DNA of 64,000 nt from the human T2T-CHM13v2.0 reference genome, Homo sapiens. The position numbers and the translations under genes were made by a program. Under the pieces are notes generated by a model that was not told the DNA's origin, searched no databases, and saw only the letters and a program-made list of their open reading frames with translations. Shown piece after piece: positions 43,700 through 59,102 of the stretch (its first letter is position 1; each line of letters begins with the position of its first letter). The stretch lies in the NCBI RefSeq assembly GCF_009914755.1, contig NC_060942.1; one strand, written 5' to 3'.

Positions 43700-44270
43700 T
43701 AACTGAATAATGGATATTTTTTATTTTCTGCCAGAATGTGGAACTAAATTGTGTTGTAACCATGATTACATAGTGGTTCCTATGAAAATACTTTCTCTGT
43801 AAATTCTTATCTGGCTCTTAAAGCCCAACTGTGATATTTCCTTTGTTTGTGAATTCTAAAGAGCAGTCATTTGTTTGATCCCCACACTCCTTACCAAATG
43901 GTGTTTAGCCCGTTTGTACGATTAAACGAGGTCCATCATTTTTCTACCTTGCTTAATCTTGTGATTTCTTCACTTTCATTTAATATCTCCAGTTTTATCT
44001 CATAGATATTTGGCTTATAGTAAAACCCTGTTGCCACATATTCGTGATTTAACTGTGAAATTTCTGCCTAGGAAAATTCGACTGTATTTTCTTAGCCCTG
44101 CAAACATTTTCCAAGGTTGCTGTTGATTTTGTTCCTTACAATGCACTTTTTTTCTGGGAAACACCCTCCATTCTGTCCCATATTTATAACCGGGAAGCTC
44201 TTAGTCCATTGTTGGCTAATGATTGCTATGTAAAGCCCCTCACTTTCAGCTCAAGAGCCGAATCCCCCTT
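43700..44270 (-). mobile_element. Possible CR1/L3-type endonuclease-domain remnant
   Basis: Minus-strand peptides LPGYKY/WDRMEG (about 44197-44163) and VATGFYYKP (44037-44011) resemble non-LTR APE motifs GY..RDR..GGGVA and VGVxYRPP. Confidence 0.4.
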
Positions 44271-44544
44271 TTCTATTTTGTGTGTTTCTAAGCAGAAAGT
44301 GGTAGGTATGTTGGCTTCATTTTCCCCAAGCCCCACATTGTCAGTTACCTAATTAGGTGGGTACTTCATTTTCCTTTTTTTTCTCACTGTCAAACTAAAA
44401 CTAAAACTCACATTCATTCACACTGATCAGACTCACCCTAATATCTACCTTGAATGCAGCTTTCTGCTTTTTAGTGCAAGAAGCTGTACACCAGTTTGGT
44501 TTGGGTCAAGCCTGTCCTGCCTCTGTAAGTTTGAGTTATCCTGA

Positions 44545-44975
44545 GATAATTTTAATCGTTAGGTAATTGTCAGGGACTCTAACAAAGTGGAAGTTGATCT
44601 CACTTTCAAGTAAACACTATCTATGGTTGGTACGATTGCTCCCTTATCATCAGGGACCCAGGCTCTTCTCTTCTTGCCTCACCGTCCTCAACATGTGGCT
44701 TTCACTTTGTGGTCTGAGATGGCTTCTGTAGCCTGTGCCATCACGCTTAGATTTCAGTGAGCAAGAAAGGAGAAAGGAACAGCAAAGGGGCATACTCCCT
44801 GAAATTGCACACACGACTTCCTCTTATAATCCATTGACCAAAACTTTGTTGTAGGGCAACATCTCAGCTGCGAAAAAAAAGCTAGTCTTTATTTTAGGCA
44901 GCCAAGTGCCCTGCTAACCTTTGGGAATTCTGTTACTGAGCGAGAAGGGAATAATGACATTGGAGGTCAATTAGA
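44545..44975 (-). mobile_element. Old MLT1 (J/K/L-like) LTR
   Basis: catcagggacccaggctc...cacttcc...ccattgaccaaaact...gccaagtgccctgctaa. Confidence 0.7.
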
Positions 44976-45116
44976 AATATTTATACATACCTTAATTTCA
45001 AATAAATCCCCAACTTGCTTCTTCTATAATCACATCTATGTATCTACATTTTGGGAGCTATTTAATTCTACAGTCTTGTCTGTGGGAACTCCATGGCAGA
45101 GGTCCCAAACAAACAG

Positions 45117-45332
45117 CTCTGCCTTCTGGGTACAAGCGATTCTCCTGCCTCAGCCTCCAAGTAGCTAGGGCTACAGGGGTGTGCCAACACACTGGGCTAA
45201 TTTTTGCATTTTTAGTAGAGACAGGATTTCACTATGTTGGTCAGGCTGGTCTTGAACTCCTGACCTCAAGTGATCTGCCCACCTTGGCCTGTCAAAGTGC
45301 TGGGAGTACAGACGTGAGCCACTGCACCCAGC
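45117..45332 (-). mobile_element. AluS lacking its 3' end and tail
   Basis: Begins within the right arm; no poly-T. Confidence 0.9.
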
Positions 45333-47912
45333 TAAAATTCTAATGCAGAACTTATCCATGTTCCCAATGGCTGTCTTCTACCCTCCATAGCATTACAAGA
45401 GGCAGGCCACCTTTATTCTGGCACTGAAGGTTACACTTTTCTAGTAAACTGGAAACTCCAGAATCTGAGAAAAGATTGTACTTTTGACAATGCCAAAGGC
45501 TAAAGTCTCCTGCTAAATATTGCATTTGATTTTATTTTGTGGTGATTTGCACATTTCTAATCTGAGGAGCTCCAGATTTCCAGTTTACTTTTATTTACCA
45601 CAGCTTTCTTCCAAAGCCTCTGTTCTGGGTGGGGTGTTTTGCTGATTCTTTTGCCTTTCCCATTTGCTCCTGGAAGATCTTCATGTTTACATTCATTTCA
45701 CATACAGACATTTCTCTTTTCCTGAAATTCTCATGCTTTGCTTTTCACCAGGTTTTTAAAAACATCTTTCCTGGTATCTACCTTATTCTGTGTCGAGTGT
45801 CTATTTTTCTTTGGATTTCGGCATCGGTTGGGCCTCTTTCTGTTTGTTACCGAAGTAACTATAAAAAAGAAGAGAAAATGTCAGGTAAAAAATTCACATG
45901 ATCCTTAAAAGATCAATTAGCTGTCTGATACCAGCTATCCTTATCCAAGAACCATTTTTGTCTTGAGCTCTGATTGCTTCTCCTAGTAAAATATGTTTTG
46001 ATTACATGTAGCACTGTTCTGCTATTTTGCTAAAGATTAAAACATGACCTGGCAACATATAATATCTCGGTGCGTATTCTCAATCCCCCCAACCTTGTAA
46101 ATTTCAAAGTTATATAAAACTAAAGCCAACAAGAATATTAACCTTAATTTTAACCATGCGTCTTAGAATCAGAAGTTAAAAAGAAATATTCCATGGATGA
46201 CTAACTCATAAATATATGTTACGAAATTTAATCTGAAAAAAATGCATCCTCTACTTGATAAATTCCCCTTGTCTTCAGTGCCACCACCCGTATTCTCATC
46301 CCCAGGGTTTTCATTTCCTCTTTCCTCTCCTTTACTCCTTTATTGACAAGCATCTTTCCTTTCTCCACAGAGACTCTTGGATTTGTCCCCGGGTCTTCGT
46401 GTCAGCTGTCACCTCTCAGAGCCAAGTCCCTATCAAGTCCCATATAAATTTTTGCAACAGCCTCTTTACTGGTCTCCTCACTTTCAATCTATCCTCCTGC
46501 CTGCGGCCAGATTCATCACTGCTTTCATCATCTCTGTCCCCCGATTAAGACCCTCCACTATTTCCTTATTTCTGATTACTTCAAGTCTGGGCTCAGCCTA
46601 GTAACAATGAGCCTTGCTCCATGGACTGTATTTTTCAACTTTCTTTCACAGAGCATCCCACTATGCATGCCCGACTTCAGTCACATGGTTTTCAGCATGC
46701 TCTCTTCTTTTTCTGTATATTCCCATATTCTTGTCTGCTTATCCTCTGCCCTCCCTGTATAACCTCCTCTCCCCTAATCCACATGATGCCTTTCCTTTAA
46801 TTTCCTGAAGACTTCCTGCTCTCAACCCATTCCACAGCAATCCATCTTTCTGAGGCGCTATTTCGAACTGTGGTCTGTATTTGTCAAATTACTTCGAATT
46901 GAAGATTATGTGAAGGTCGCTACATAGTTGTTCTATTAAGGTTGCTACATGATTGTACATCTTCTCTTTTCAACTGCTTTCTGTTTTTTGTTTTGTCTAG
47001 CTGGCTATAATTTGGTATTTAATTGTTATTGAACAAATCAACAAATGAGAACCATGTAGGAGTCACCACATTCATTTCATGTATTTTGCTCTAATGTCCC
47101 ATACTTGTTCATGGTGTGGAACTGGGGTTTGGATCTTATTATTTTATACATGAAATTCCACACTGTTCTGATATATATCTTTGTTTCTTGTCTTTATGGC
47201 CTTGTTATTTCCATTGATTACTTGAGGGAAGCAATTAAGAGACGCAGATCACAGAATAAGCCCAAGGTGAATGAGATTAAACCAAGAAAGAAGACGAGAA
47301 AATAAAAATTTCCTCACTGGGATATGCGGGCTATCCTCATTGGATTTAATTTATAATGAATTAGAAAAGATTTAAATATATTGCTTTAGAACTGTCTGTT
47401 TGAATTTGTTCCCACCCTGGCTGAACTATTGATAATTGATTTATGTGGGCTGTTTCCCATGATATTGGACAAGATCATGTACAGCCAAACAAAAATAAGT
47501 GAAGTCTAAGAAGAGTTAAAAGGGAGAAACCACCAGTCAAAACTAAAACCCGTGGCTCTCAAAATCCATTTGTCTTAGCAAGAAAATAGGCCTTGAAATT
47601 CAGAGTCTCAAGTTGCTGTTGAACATTGCAAAGTTTGGGTTGGTGTTATGGCTAGAATTGGGCCCAAATATTGTGCTCGTAGGAATGCAGAAAAACATGA
47701 AGGCACATGCTTGGGGGAGAGGGGGTTAGAATTGTTCTGGCAGAGTTTCATGTTCATTTGCTCTGACAGAGCCAGGAACATTTTGGTCTTCCCTATCTGT
47801 TGAGGTTTATTCATCACTTTCTGTAAACCCCAAGTACCTAAAAGGCCATAATCAAACTTGCTTATGAGGCAGACACCTGGAAGTCACCATGCTCCATGGA
47901 GAACAAGAATGG

Positions 47913-48355
47913 TGTGGCAGAGACTGAGGAGATGCTTGCCAGTCCTGACCCCTCCTCCTGGGCATTTCTGGCCTCCCTGGTAGTTAAGTTGGAGCCATAT
48001 GACAAGCTCTCATCAACGGAATGTGAATAAAGGTGTTGTGTTGTCTTCCACTTCTGGGCCTGGCTGCCCAAATCTCCGTGGAGGTTCTTACCTTGCTCTT
48101 TCTCTTTGCATGCTGACGGGACAGATGAGGAAATGACAGTGGAAGGTTTGAAGGGAGGGTATGGAAGAGCCACAGATGGAAGGAACCTGGGTCCTGGGAC
48201 CTTTGTATGGAATGCTGCTCACAGAACTCCTTCATTGAACATCGAAATATATGTAAAATATACTTTCATTGATTTATGCCTCTGGCATTGCTTCTGGTGT
48301 TGCTTGCTGCAGTTTCTGGTGTTGCTTGCTGCAGTTAATTAGCCTCACTAATACA
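47913..48355 (+). mobile_element. MLT1 (I/J-like) LTR
   Basis: tgtggcaga...agagccacagatggaaggaacctgggtcc...ctaataca. Confidence 0.75.
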
Positions 48356-48510
48356 AATAATATCTTTAATTCATCCTAAGATTTGAAATAGTTTTATTAA
48401 GAAAAATTACTTGTCCAAGAAAAAATTTTAAAAGCTACCAAATTTAACTCAATTTAATAGTTGATGAATATTAATAATAAAATAAATTAATAATAATAGT
48501 AGTAATAATA

Positions 48511-49060
48511 TTGAACCCCTGGAATTCAAGGCTGCTGTAATTCAAGGTTTGAGCCCAGGAATTCAAGGCTGCTGGGCTAGAGCCCAGGAAAACAAGTCTG
48601 TTTTCACACTGCTGATAAAGATATACCCAAGACTGGGCAATTTACAAAAGAAAGAGGTTTAATGGTCTTACAGTTCCACGTGGCTGTGGAGGCCTCACAA
48701 TCATGGCAAGAGGCAAGGAGGAGCAAGTCATGTCTTACATGAATGGCAGCAGGCAAAGAGAGAGCTTGTGCAGGGAAACTCCTGTTTTTAAAACCTTCAG
48801 ATCGCGTGAGACTTATTCACTATCACAAGAACAACATGGGGAAGACCTGCCCCCATGATTCAATTACCTCCCACCAGGATCCTCCTATGACATGTGGGAA
48901 TTGTGGGAGTTACAATTCGAGATGAGATTTGGGTGGGGATACTGCCAAACCATGTCAGCTGCAGTGAGCCAGGATCATGCCATTGTGCTCACTCCAGCCT
49001 GGGCAACAGAGGGAGACCCCATTTCCAAATACTATTACTACTACTACTACTAATAACAAC
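48511..49060 (+). mobile_element. Truncated old Alu monomer split by a THE1 LTR
   Basis: ttgaacccctggaattcaaggctgc [THE1] gctgcagtgagcc...ccagcctgggcaacagag, then a (TAC/AAC)n tail. Confidence 0.8.
48536..48957 (-). mobile_element. THE1 (B/C-like) solo LTR
   Basis: agtctgttttcacactgctgataaaga...gatgagatttgggtgggga...ccaaaccatgtca; 5-bp TSD gctgc at 48531-48535 and 48958-48962. Confidence 0.92.
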
Positions 49061-49149
49061 AATAACATCATATTTATATAGTGTACTGAGAATATATATG
49101 GGGAACAAGAGAGAATATTTTACTAAGAATAGCAAGTTAAAAAACATAT

Positions 49150-51230
<2,081 letters not shown>

Positions 51231-51448
51231 GCGATTTCCGTGGATCAAAGCCTCATATTCCAAGACATTAGGGGAGAAATTCTCATTGTACTGTGTTATA
51301 CCAATTTCTACAGGAATGAAGGCTTAATGTTTTCTTTCATGTATAGTTGCATTTTAAAACGCAAACCTCTGTCTTGCATGTAGTAAATAGTCTAATATAC
51401 ATTGGATACCTAGAATGAATAAATATTCTGGCTAAGACTAGCTCTGGA

Positions 51449-51452
<4 letters not shown>

Positions 51453-51492
<40 letters not shown>
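51453..51492. repeat. (GT)20 microsatellite
   Basis: 40 bp perfect dinucleotide repeat. Confidence 0.98.
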
Positions 51493-51494
<2 letters not shown>

Positions 51495-52393
51495 ACGTGC
51501 ATTGTTTTCAAGTCAGGTGGGTTGGAAATCTTCCTGACAATCTGTTAGGCATCAGGAATTTTTATCTCCAGATGGGTGCCCCATTTTTCTTCTCGATAAC
51601 CTCTTGCTAATGAAGAGCCTTGGATGGGAGTTCCATTTACAAATGGTGAATCATTAGAAACAGATTTGTAGGCAGGGAAGGATCTTCCAGCAGCAGAGCC
51701 TCACTTCTGAGGCATGCAGTCAGTTTCCTGCACAAATGGGCCTGTGAGCAGCTCCACCAGAGGGAAGACAACTCGTTCCACACACCCACTCCCACACCGC
51801 GGCTCCAACTACAAGCCTTCATCTGAGAGCCTGAGGGCAAAAGGACACGCTCTTTGTTTATTAATCACCTCTCCAGCCCCTGGCTTTGCCTCTCTTCTCT
51901 ACCTCCTTTCTTACCAGTTATTGGGAGACAGAAACATTTCCTTCTATTACAGCCCATAGTTGTTAGCTGTGCCCTCAGCTCTCCCCGCCTTCTCTAAGCT
52001 TCCTTTCAGTCGGTCCTTCCTGGAGCCATCATGGTTTTCTGTCCCTGGTTCTCATGACCAGTCTGCAAATGGATCTCCTACTGCTCTGAGGCAGGGTGTT
52101 TTGCTGCCTCGAATCCTTTCTAAACCACTGTGGAAGGCAGGATGGGCCAGTGAGCTTTCAACAGGAAAGCAGAGTCAGGACCAGCCTGCGTTCTGGGATT
52201 TATGATTAGACTCTAGCTTCACAAGTCCTAGCCCATCATTCCCATGATGTTTTAACTGGTTTTTCATTCTTCTTATGCTCCTCCTCCTAAATGCTCATCA
52301 CACGACCCTCCCATTGCTGTCTGTCCCACCACCAGAAGGGTGGTCCCAGTACTCTGTCATTCATGTTCCTCCTTTCTGACTCCTGGCCATATC

Positions 52394-52465
52394 TACCACT
52401 ATACTACCATGAATACTACTAATCCTACCATTAATACTACTCATCCTACCACTAATGCTACTATT
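52394..52465. repeat. Degenerate ~21-bp tandem repeat (ctaccatTaatactactaatc), about 3 copies
   Basis: Seen directly. Confidence 0.7.
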
Positions 52466-53299
52466 AAATCAACTGACCATTTCACTTAAATATGTACTTA
52501 AGAAGGAAATTCTGTGGCTATATACATAGAAATTCACATCAAATAAAAAATAAATGCACCCCTCACAAAACACCCCAAATCAAGTTTATATTATCACACT
52601 CTAGCTGTATGCTTGTTTACCAAAGCCTCTAAGCTTGCTTTTATTTTTTAAACATAAATAATCAAGTATGAGAGCATTATTAAAGATATTCCAGTAACAA
52701 ACTGAGACTTTTTCTTTGACACGTTCTGAAGGATTCAAAGAGAACTGCTGTTTGCTCAGTATTGTGAATGTACTGCAAGCCACTGAATGACACACTTTAA
52801 AATTCATCATGGTTAAAATGGTGTATTTTATCTCAATTTTTAAAAAGCCCAAAAGAATAATTTTGATTCAGTGTTATTTAATACCATGTTATAGTATTGC
52901 TTAAAATCTTTTCTCCCTCATTTTGGCAAACCTTACCCCAGTAAAGATGTAATGCTCAAGAGGCTGAGATCCATGCGGCTCTGTCTTAGAGTAGCACTGC
53001 TGTCAGAAGAACATGGCCTCGTGGGCTAAAGCTGTTTTAAGCTGAGCCAATACCTTCACCTGAATTTCTTGAATGATGGCGAATATAGCAATACACACAG
53101 AGTACAGCAACGTTCCCCAAAAGCCCCTGTTTACTTCTTCCCACTTCCAATATGTTTGAACTTTAATAATTTACTTTTCACTCTTTAGGTTTATTTACTT
53201 GTAAAATAGAGATAATAGTAACTATGTCAGTTTTATGATTATTAAATAAGAAAATCATGCAGCAGCCTAGCACAGTTCCTATATGAAATACAAGTTAGC

Positions 53300-56200
53300 T
53301 CTCTTCCTCTATCTCCTCAACTCCTTTCACTCAGTTGAAGAATATTCAGGGAGCAAATTCATATTGATGCTTTATGAATGATTTGATGCTGATATGATGA
53401 TGATTTGCTAGAAATCCCTACAATCCAGAAATGGAGTAACTTAGAGATTCTGGGAAATCATCACTATATAGCCAGTACCAAAAAAAGAAGAAGAAGAAGA
53501 AAAAGAACAAATAGATTCTTCTGAGCACTCTTTTCAGAATCATTGATTGTTGATATACAGCTCTTCATTTGCATTAAGAAGCATTAAGAAATTATTTGTA
53601 TCCCCACTGGGTTTCTATTGAATTCTTTTCTAGTACAGTTCTATACGTTGGAGTTTTGCCAATTTGGTTTAATTAATTAATCTTCAAGTAAAACCAAAGC
53701 ATATTTACAGTATTTATGGGATTTCGTTATGAAACATCATCACTTCTGGTTCACTTGCATTCTGCTGTTTTTGGTCATCATTATTTGTATTGTTGGATTT
53801 GGCAGCAATCCTGGAAATACAATTTACTTTATGCTAAAACCATGTCTAAGAAAAAGCTGTGACTCCACGGTGGAGTGAAATATGGTGTACACTCCCTTGC
53901 ATTGTGTTCTTGGTTTTGGAGATACATCAAACTACGAATGATGTATTCTTTCAAACTTGAGAAAGTGTGGGAGGTAGGGAACTTTTAGATGCCACAAACA
54001 CGTTTTAAAAAGCATCTCAGAACCAGTTCTCTCTAAGAGGAGAAATACAGTTAGATTCTCCATGGTAAAAAGGAAGTTTTTTTTTTTAATTTTTGTTTTT
54101 TAAAGCACTGTGATAGGAGAAAAGGAATACTCTCAATGTATAGGCTCCTTGTGGCAACTGAAAAGACAACCAAGGCATAAGCTTGTGTGTTTCAGGCATA
54201 GTTGGTTTGTGGAGTAACTGAGGCCATCTGAAGTGCTTTTTATGATGGGTTTTGCAGTTCATTAAACATTCACTTACAGGGAGAATCTTTAACACTGTAG
54301 TTCGTGAGGTAGGCCTTTTCCTCCCAGTCCAGAAGAATAAAATTATCTGGAATGAGAATCGGATGTGAGACAAGTTAAAGAGAATTGGAACTTCTTTTTC
54401 TAGGCATTTCAGCTGTATTTTTAGCAGGCAAAATAATTTTGGGGAGCATCATATCTAAATCTTTCACTCCCATTCTTTGAATTTAGCAATTCACGTATAT
54501 TTTGGGAAAAAAACAACATATGAACACCTACATCTTACAAGGAAGATGTAGATCTATACACACCTAGCGTTGATGTTAAGTGTCTCCCTTCATGGATGAG
54601 GTGAAACAGAACAGTTTCACACAGCTGGTGGGAATGTAAATAGTACAACCACTATAGAAAACAGTATGGAGGTTCCTTAAATAACCAAAAGTAGATCTAC
54701 CATTCAATCCAGCAATCCCACTACTGGGTATCTACCCAAAGGAAAATAAGTCATTATATGAAAAAGACACTTGTACCTACATGTTTACAGCAGCATAACT
54801 CTCAATTGCAAAGATATGGAACCAACCTAAGTGCCCATCGATCAATGAGTGGATGAAGAAAATGTGGTATATATACACCATGGAATACTACTCAGCCATA
54901 AAAAGAAATGAAATAATGTCTTTTGCAGCAACTTGGATGGAGCTGGAGGCTATTATTTTGAGTAAAGTAAGTCAGGAATGGGAAACCAAATATCCTATGT
55001 TCTCACTTATAAGTGGGAGCTAAGCTATGAAGATGCAAAGGCCTAAGAATGATGTAATGGACTTTGGGGACGGGGCCAGGGAAAGTTGGTAGGGGTGAGA
55101 GATAAAAGACCATGTATCGGGTACAGTGTACACTGTTCAGGTGATGGGTGCTCTAAAATCTCAGAAATCACCACTAGAGAACTTATCCATATAACCAAAA
55201 ACCACCTGTACCTCAAAAACTATTGAAATAAAAAAAAAACAGAATGTTAAAGAGTATCCCTTAACTCGCCCTTCGTTAGTGATCAGTACCTTGTCAATGG
55301 TAGATAGATCCCCCAAAGTGCTGTTGGTCTGTACATAGGCCGTCCAACTATGTGTAGGTTTGTCACCAGTAACCTAAACTGACACTAAGTGTAGGTAATT
55401 TCAGCTCCTCAAACAGGCATGATGGTTTTCAGGAACCATGTCAACTAGAGGAAACCAAGAGGATTTTCTGAAAGCAGCTGATTAATTCTTCGATGACTTC
55501 TCTTGGGGTTCCCTGATTTCCCATGGAATCAGACAGCTCTGAGCTGTAATCATTGGTAGTGTTTTGAAATCTTCACGTTATATAAACAAATCATCATCTT
55601 GCCAGGTTTGGGGGTCATCCTGTTAATAGGTCTGAAACAGGAACTCAGTGTGAGTCCTGGGTCACGGCCTCTTTTCCCCCAAGATCACATTTTTTTAGAC
55701 AAACATTGCTTACTTTCTTTAACTGCAGAAAGTCTGTGCACGATTAAGTAGAATTTAGGCTCCTGGTGGTGTGCTAAAGTGAAACAAAGGAATTCCAGTG
55801 ATTGGTAAGACAGGTGTTTGCTTCCTCTTCCTTGTTTTGGGCAGCACAGGCAAATCCCCCACATTACTGTTGTTCTTCATGGGATTGCCCCTTGGAGAGA
55901 GGATGGACACTGCTTATAAACCATCGTCCAGGTCCTATTCCCTCCTCTTTATGGTCGGAGGCACAGTTCTGAGTTCCCCCATATCACAGCAATTACCTTG
56001 CATCCCTTTTTCCCCTTTTTGATTACTATAAGTTTGAGTCAGCTCTTCATCCTCTCAAGTTGGCACCCATGGGAAGAGGCCAAGTTTATTTATCTTTGGT
56101 GCATCCTGTCTTCCTTTTCTGCCCTTCTGTGGCTTTTGGTAACTTCTTCATCCTTGGGCATTTTTTTGTGCTTAGCTCTTTTCATCTCCTCCCTTCTAAA

Positions 56201-56987
56201 AAAAAGACTCTTTGGCAAAGGCTCTGATAAACACATTTGCACTGAGGTGTAAATGGCTGATAAAAGATGCGTGTTTTGTTTGTTTGTTTGTTTGTTTGTT
56301 TTTTTACTAGGAGCATTTGCTTTGGTGCAAAGATATAAATTTCTAATGGTGGAATTTCAGATCAGCAGCCAGGGAAGGGAAGGAGTTGGGGGTGAGATAT
56401 CTTCTTGAGGCCCCCATCAGCCTGCTTCTAAGGACATCCTCCTCCAAGGTAGCAGCCGGTCATAGGAGGCCCGGGCTGCTGTCCGTGGGAGGGGCTGGTC
56501 CCATGGTGAAACTCTGGCCTCACTCCACGACCAGAGCTTGAAGTCCTGGGGCTCTGTCTGAAAATCTTGAGCAAGCATCTTGCTTTTCCCAGAGGAATGT
56601 TTGGAAACACTACGAATATCACATTTGTGGTATATGTTTCATTACTTTACTGTTTTCTTCAGCTGATCTGATAGATACTTCATCGTTTTAAGGATTCTTG
56701 AACTTGCCCTTTAGCGACTCCAGTGCAACATCCTGGGTTCCCACATAGAGGTTAGTTCTTGCTGACAGAAACCTTTTAGTCTCATCATTCCTCAACTTGT
56801 CTAAATCAGAAGTGTTTTCGATATTCAAACCCTGACCTCCAGTAAATGAAAAACTGTTACAGCACAGTGAAATTCCTCCAGGCTTGGAGCACATACATCC
56901 ATGACCACATCACTGCAGAATGAGATGACTAGGGCTGATGTCAAGGCAGGCAGCACCAGCCCCCACAGAAATGCCGGCCCTGCCCCG
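53300..56987 (-). pseudogene. Candidate highly decayed processed pseudogene, parent unidentified
   Basis: About 3 kb free of recognisable MIR/L2, GC-rich at the minus-strand 5' end, purine-rich minus strand with protein-like ORF remnants, interrupted by one L1PB. No clear poly-A or TSD; inference only. Confidence 0.3.
54619..55239 (+). mobile_element. L1PB-type 3' end
   Basis: gctggtgggaatgtaaa...gcagcaacttggatggagctggagg...aaatcaccacta...aactattgaaataaaa; TSD core aaacagaa (54604-54611, 55237-55244). Confidence 0.92.
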
Positions 56988-57213
56988 ATTTCTTTGACAC
57001 AACATGCAAGCCAGGCCTCTCAGGCACACTCCCAAGATGTGACATCTTCCAAACAACCCCTGCCCCATTAAAAAAATAAAAATCATCAAGCTTCAATGTA
57101 ACTCAAAGCAGAGAGTATTGGTTAACATTATTTTTTTCCCCTAAAATACAATTCACCTCTCAGAGAAACTACTTTTGGATTCTGTTTATTCTAGTGAGTT
57201 GAAAATTTACTGT

Positions 57214-57495
57214 GGCCAGGGGCCTGTAATCTCAGCACTTTGGGAGGCCAAGGCGGGCTGATTGCTTGAGTCCAGGAGTTCGAGACCAGCCTGGGTGACA
57301 TGATGAAACCTTGTCTTTACAAAAAATTTAAATAATAGCTGGGTGAGGTGGCACGTTCCTGTAGTCCCAGCTACTTGGGAGGCAGAGGTGGGAGGATTGC
57401 CTGAGTCCAGAATGGTGAGGCTGCGGTGAGCTGTGATAGCACCGTGGCAGAGTGAGATTCTGTCTCAAAAAAAAAAAAAAAGAAAACGAAAAATA
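57214..57495 (+). mobile_element. AluJ
   Basis: TSD gaaaatttac. Confidence 0.92.
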
Positions 57496-57799
57496 ACAGA
57501 AAATTTACCCTGAATTTCACCTTATATGATTCTATGATGTTTATGTGTGTTGAAGAACAAGTCAGACCTATAGGGTAAAGCGTTGTGTATTTGTCGGTTT
57601 TCTTTATCAGAGTAACTCAATTTTACCTGTCTTATCATCTTTCCAGGGCCTTTGGTATAGTACGTTCTCATAAAAAATTGTGAGGTGAAAAAGCAAATAA
57701 AGATGTTTATTTCTAACCCTATTTTGATAAGTTGAAATCTTTCATTTTCCAGCTGTTTTGTCTATAGTATACTAAACTTCCTCCATGGGCACAATAATA

Positions 57800-58559
<760 letters not shown>

Positions 58560-58612
58560 CTATGGTCTTATAAAATGGAAAGAAAAAGAGAGGACTTGGT
58601 TTGGATCCTTAC

Positions 58613-58883
58613 TGCGGTGTAATATGAAAGACATTTGGTCTTTGTCCCCAGTTCCTGGCAAAGAGTTCCCTAACACCCAACCTATGGGATCTAATGCTAA
58701 CTCCAGATAGATAATGTCAGGATTGAATTGATGTATAGTATACCCAGTTGGTGTTTGCTGGAGAACTGCATGGTGTGTGGGGAAAATCCCCTCTGTGTCT
58801 GGTCACAGAAGTGTTCTGGGCTGTGATGCAAGCACAGTAGGAGAGAAACAGAGTATCTTTCTTCAGAATTGGCATCAGAAGTG
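58613..58883 (+). mobile_element. MER21-like ERVL LTR (internally deleted) followed by a tRNA-Leu PBS-like motif
   Basis: tttggtctttgtccccagttcctggca...gctaactccag...attgaatt...cagttggtgt; then tggcatcagaagtg at 58870-58883, similar to TGGTGTCAGAAGTG. Confidence 0.7.
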
Positions 58884-59102
58884 TTGCGAGAGAGGGTAGA
58901 GCAACAGCGAGTGTGCTTACCCCACCCCCCAACCTTTCTACAAATCTGGGAAATAGAATGAATCTGATCATTTTACTGGTATAGTAAGAAAATGCTTTGT
59001 TGTGGCTATGAAGGTGAGGATGAAATGGGTGAGGGTACCCTTCGGAGATGAAAAGGAAATTAAGGTAAGTGGGAAAGAAAATAAAAATTGAAGCCAAGGA
59101 AT

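Noticed and set aside
53300-56987. Assigning the candidate retrocopy to TUT4/TUT7, CENPC, NOL8, PAN3 or a kinase
   Set aside because: Only scattered short peptide resemblances whose spacing disagrees with those proteins; treated as chance.
52711-57000. Direct repeat tttctttgacac (52711-52722 and 56989-57000) as the TSD of the candidate retrocopy
   Set aside because: The left copy is not followed by poly-T, and MIR/L1M remnants lie inside the interval.
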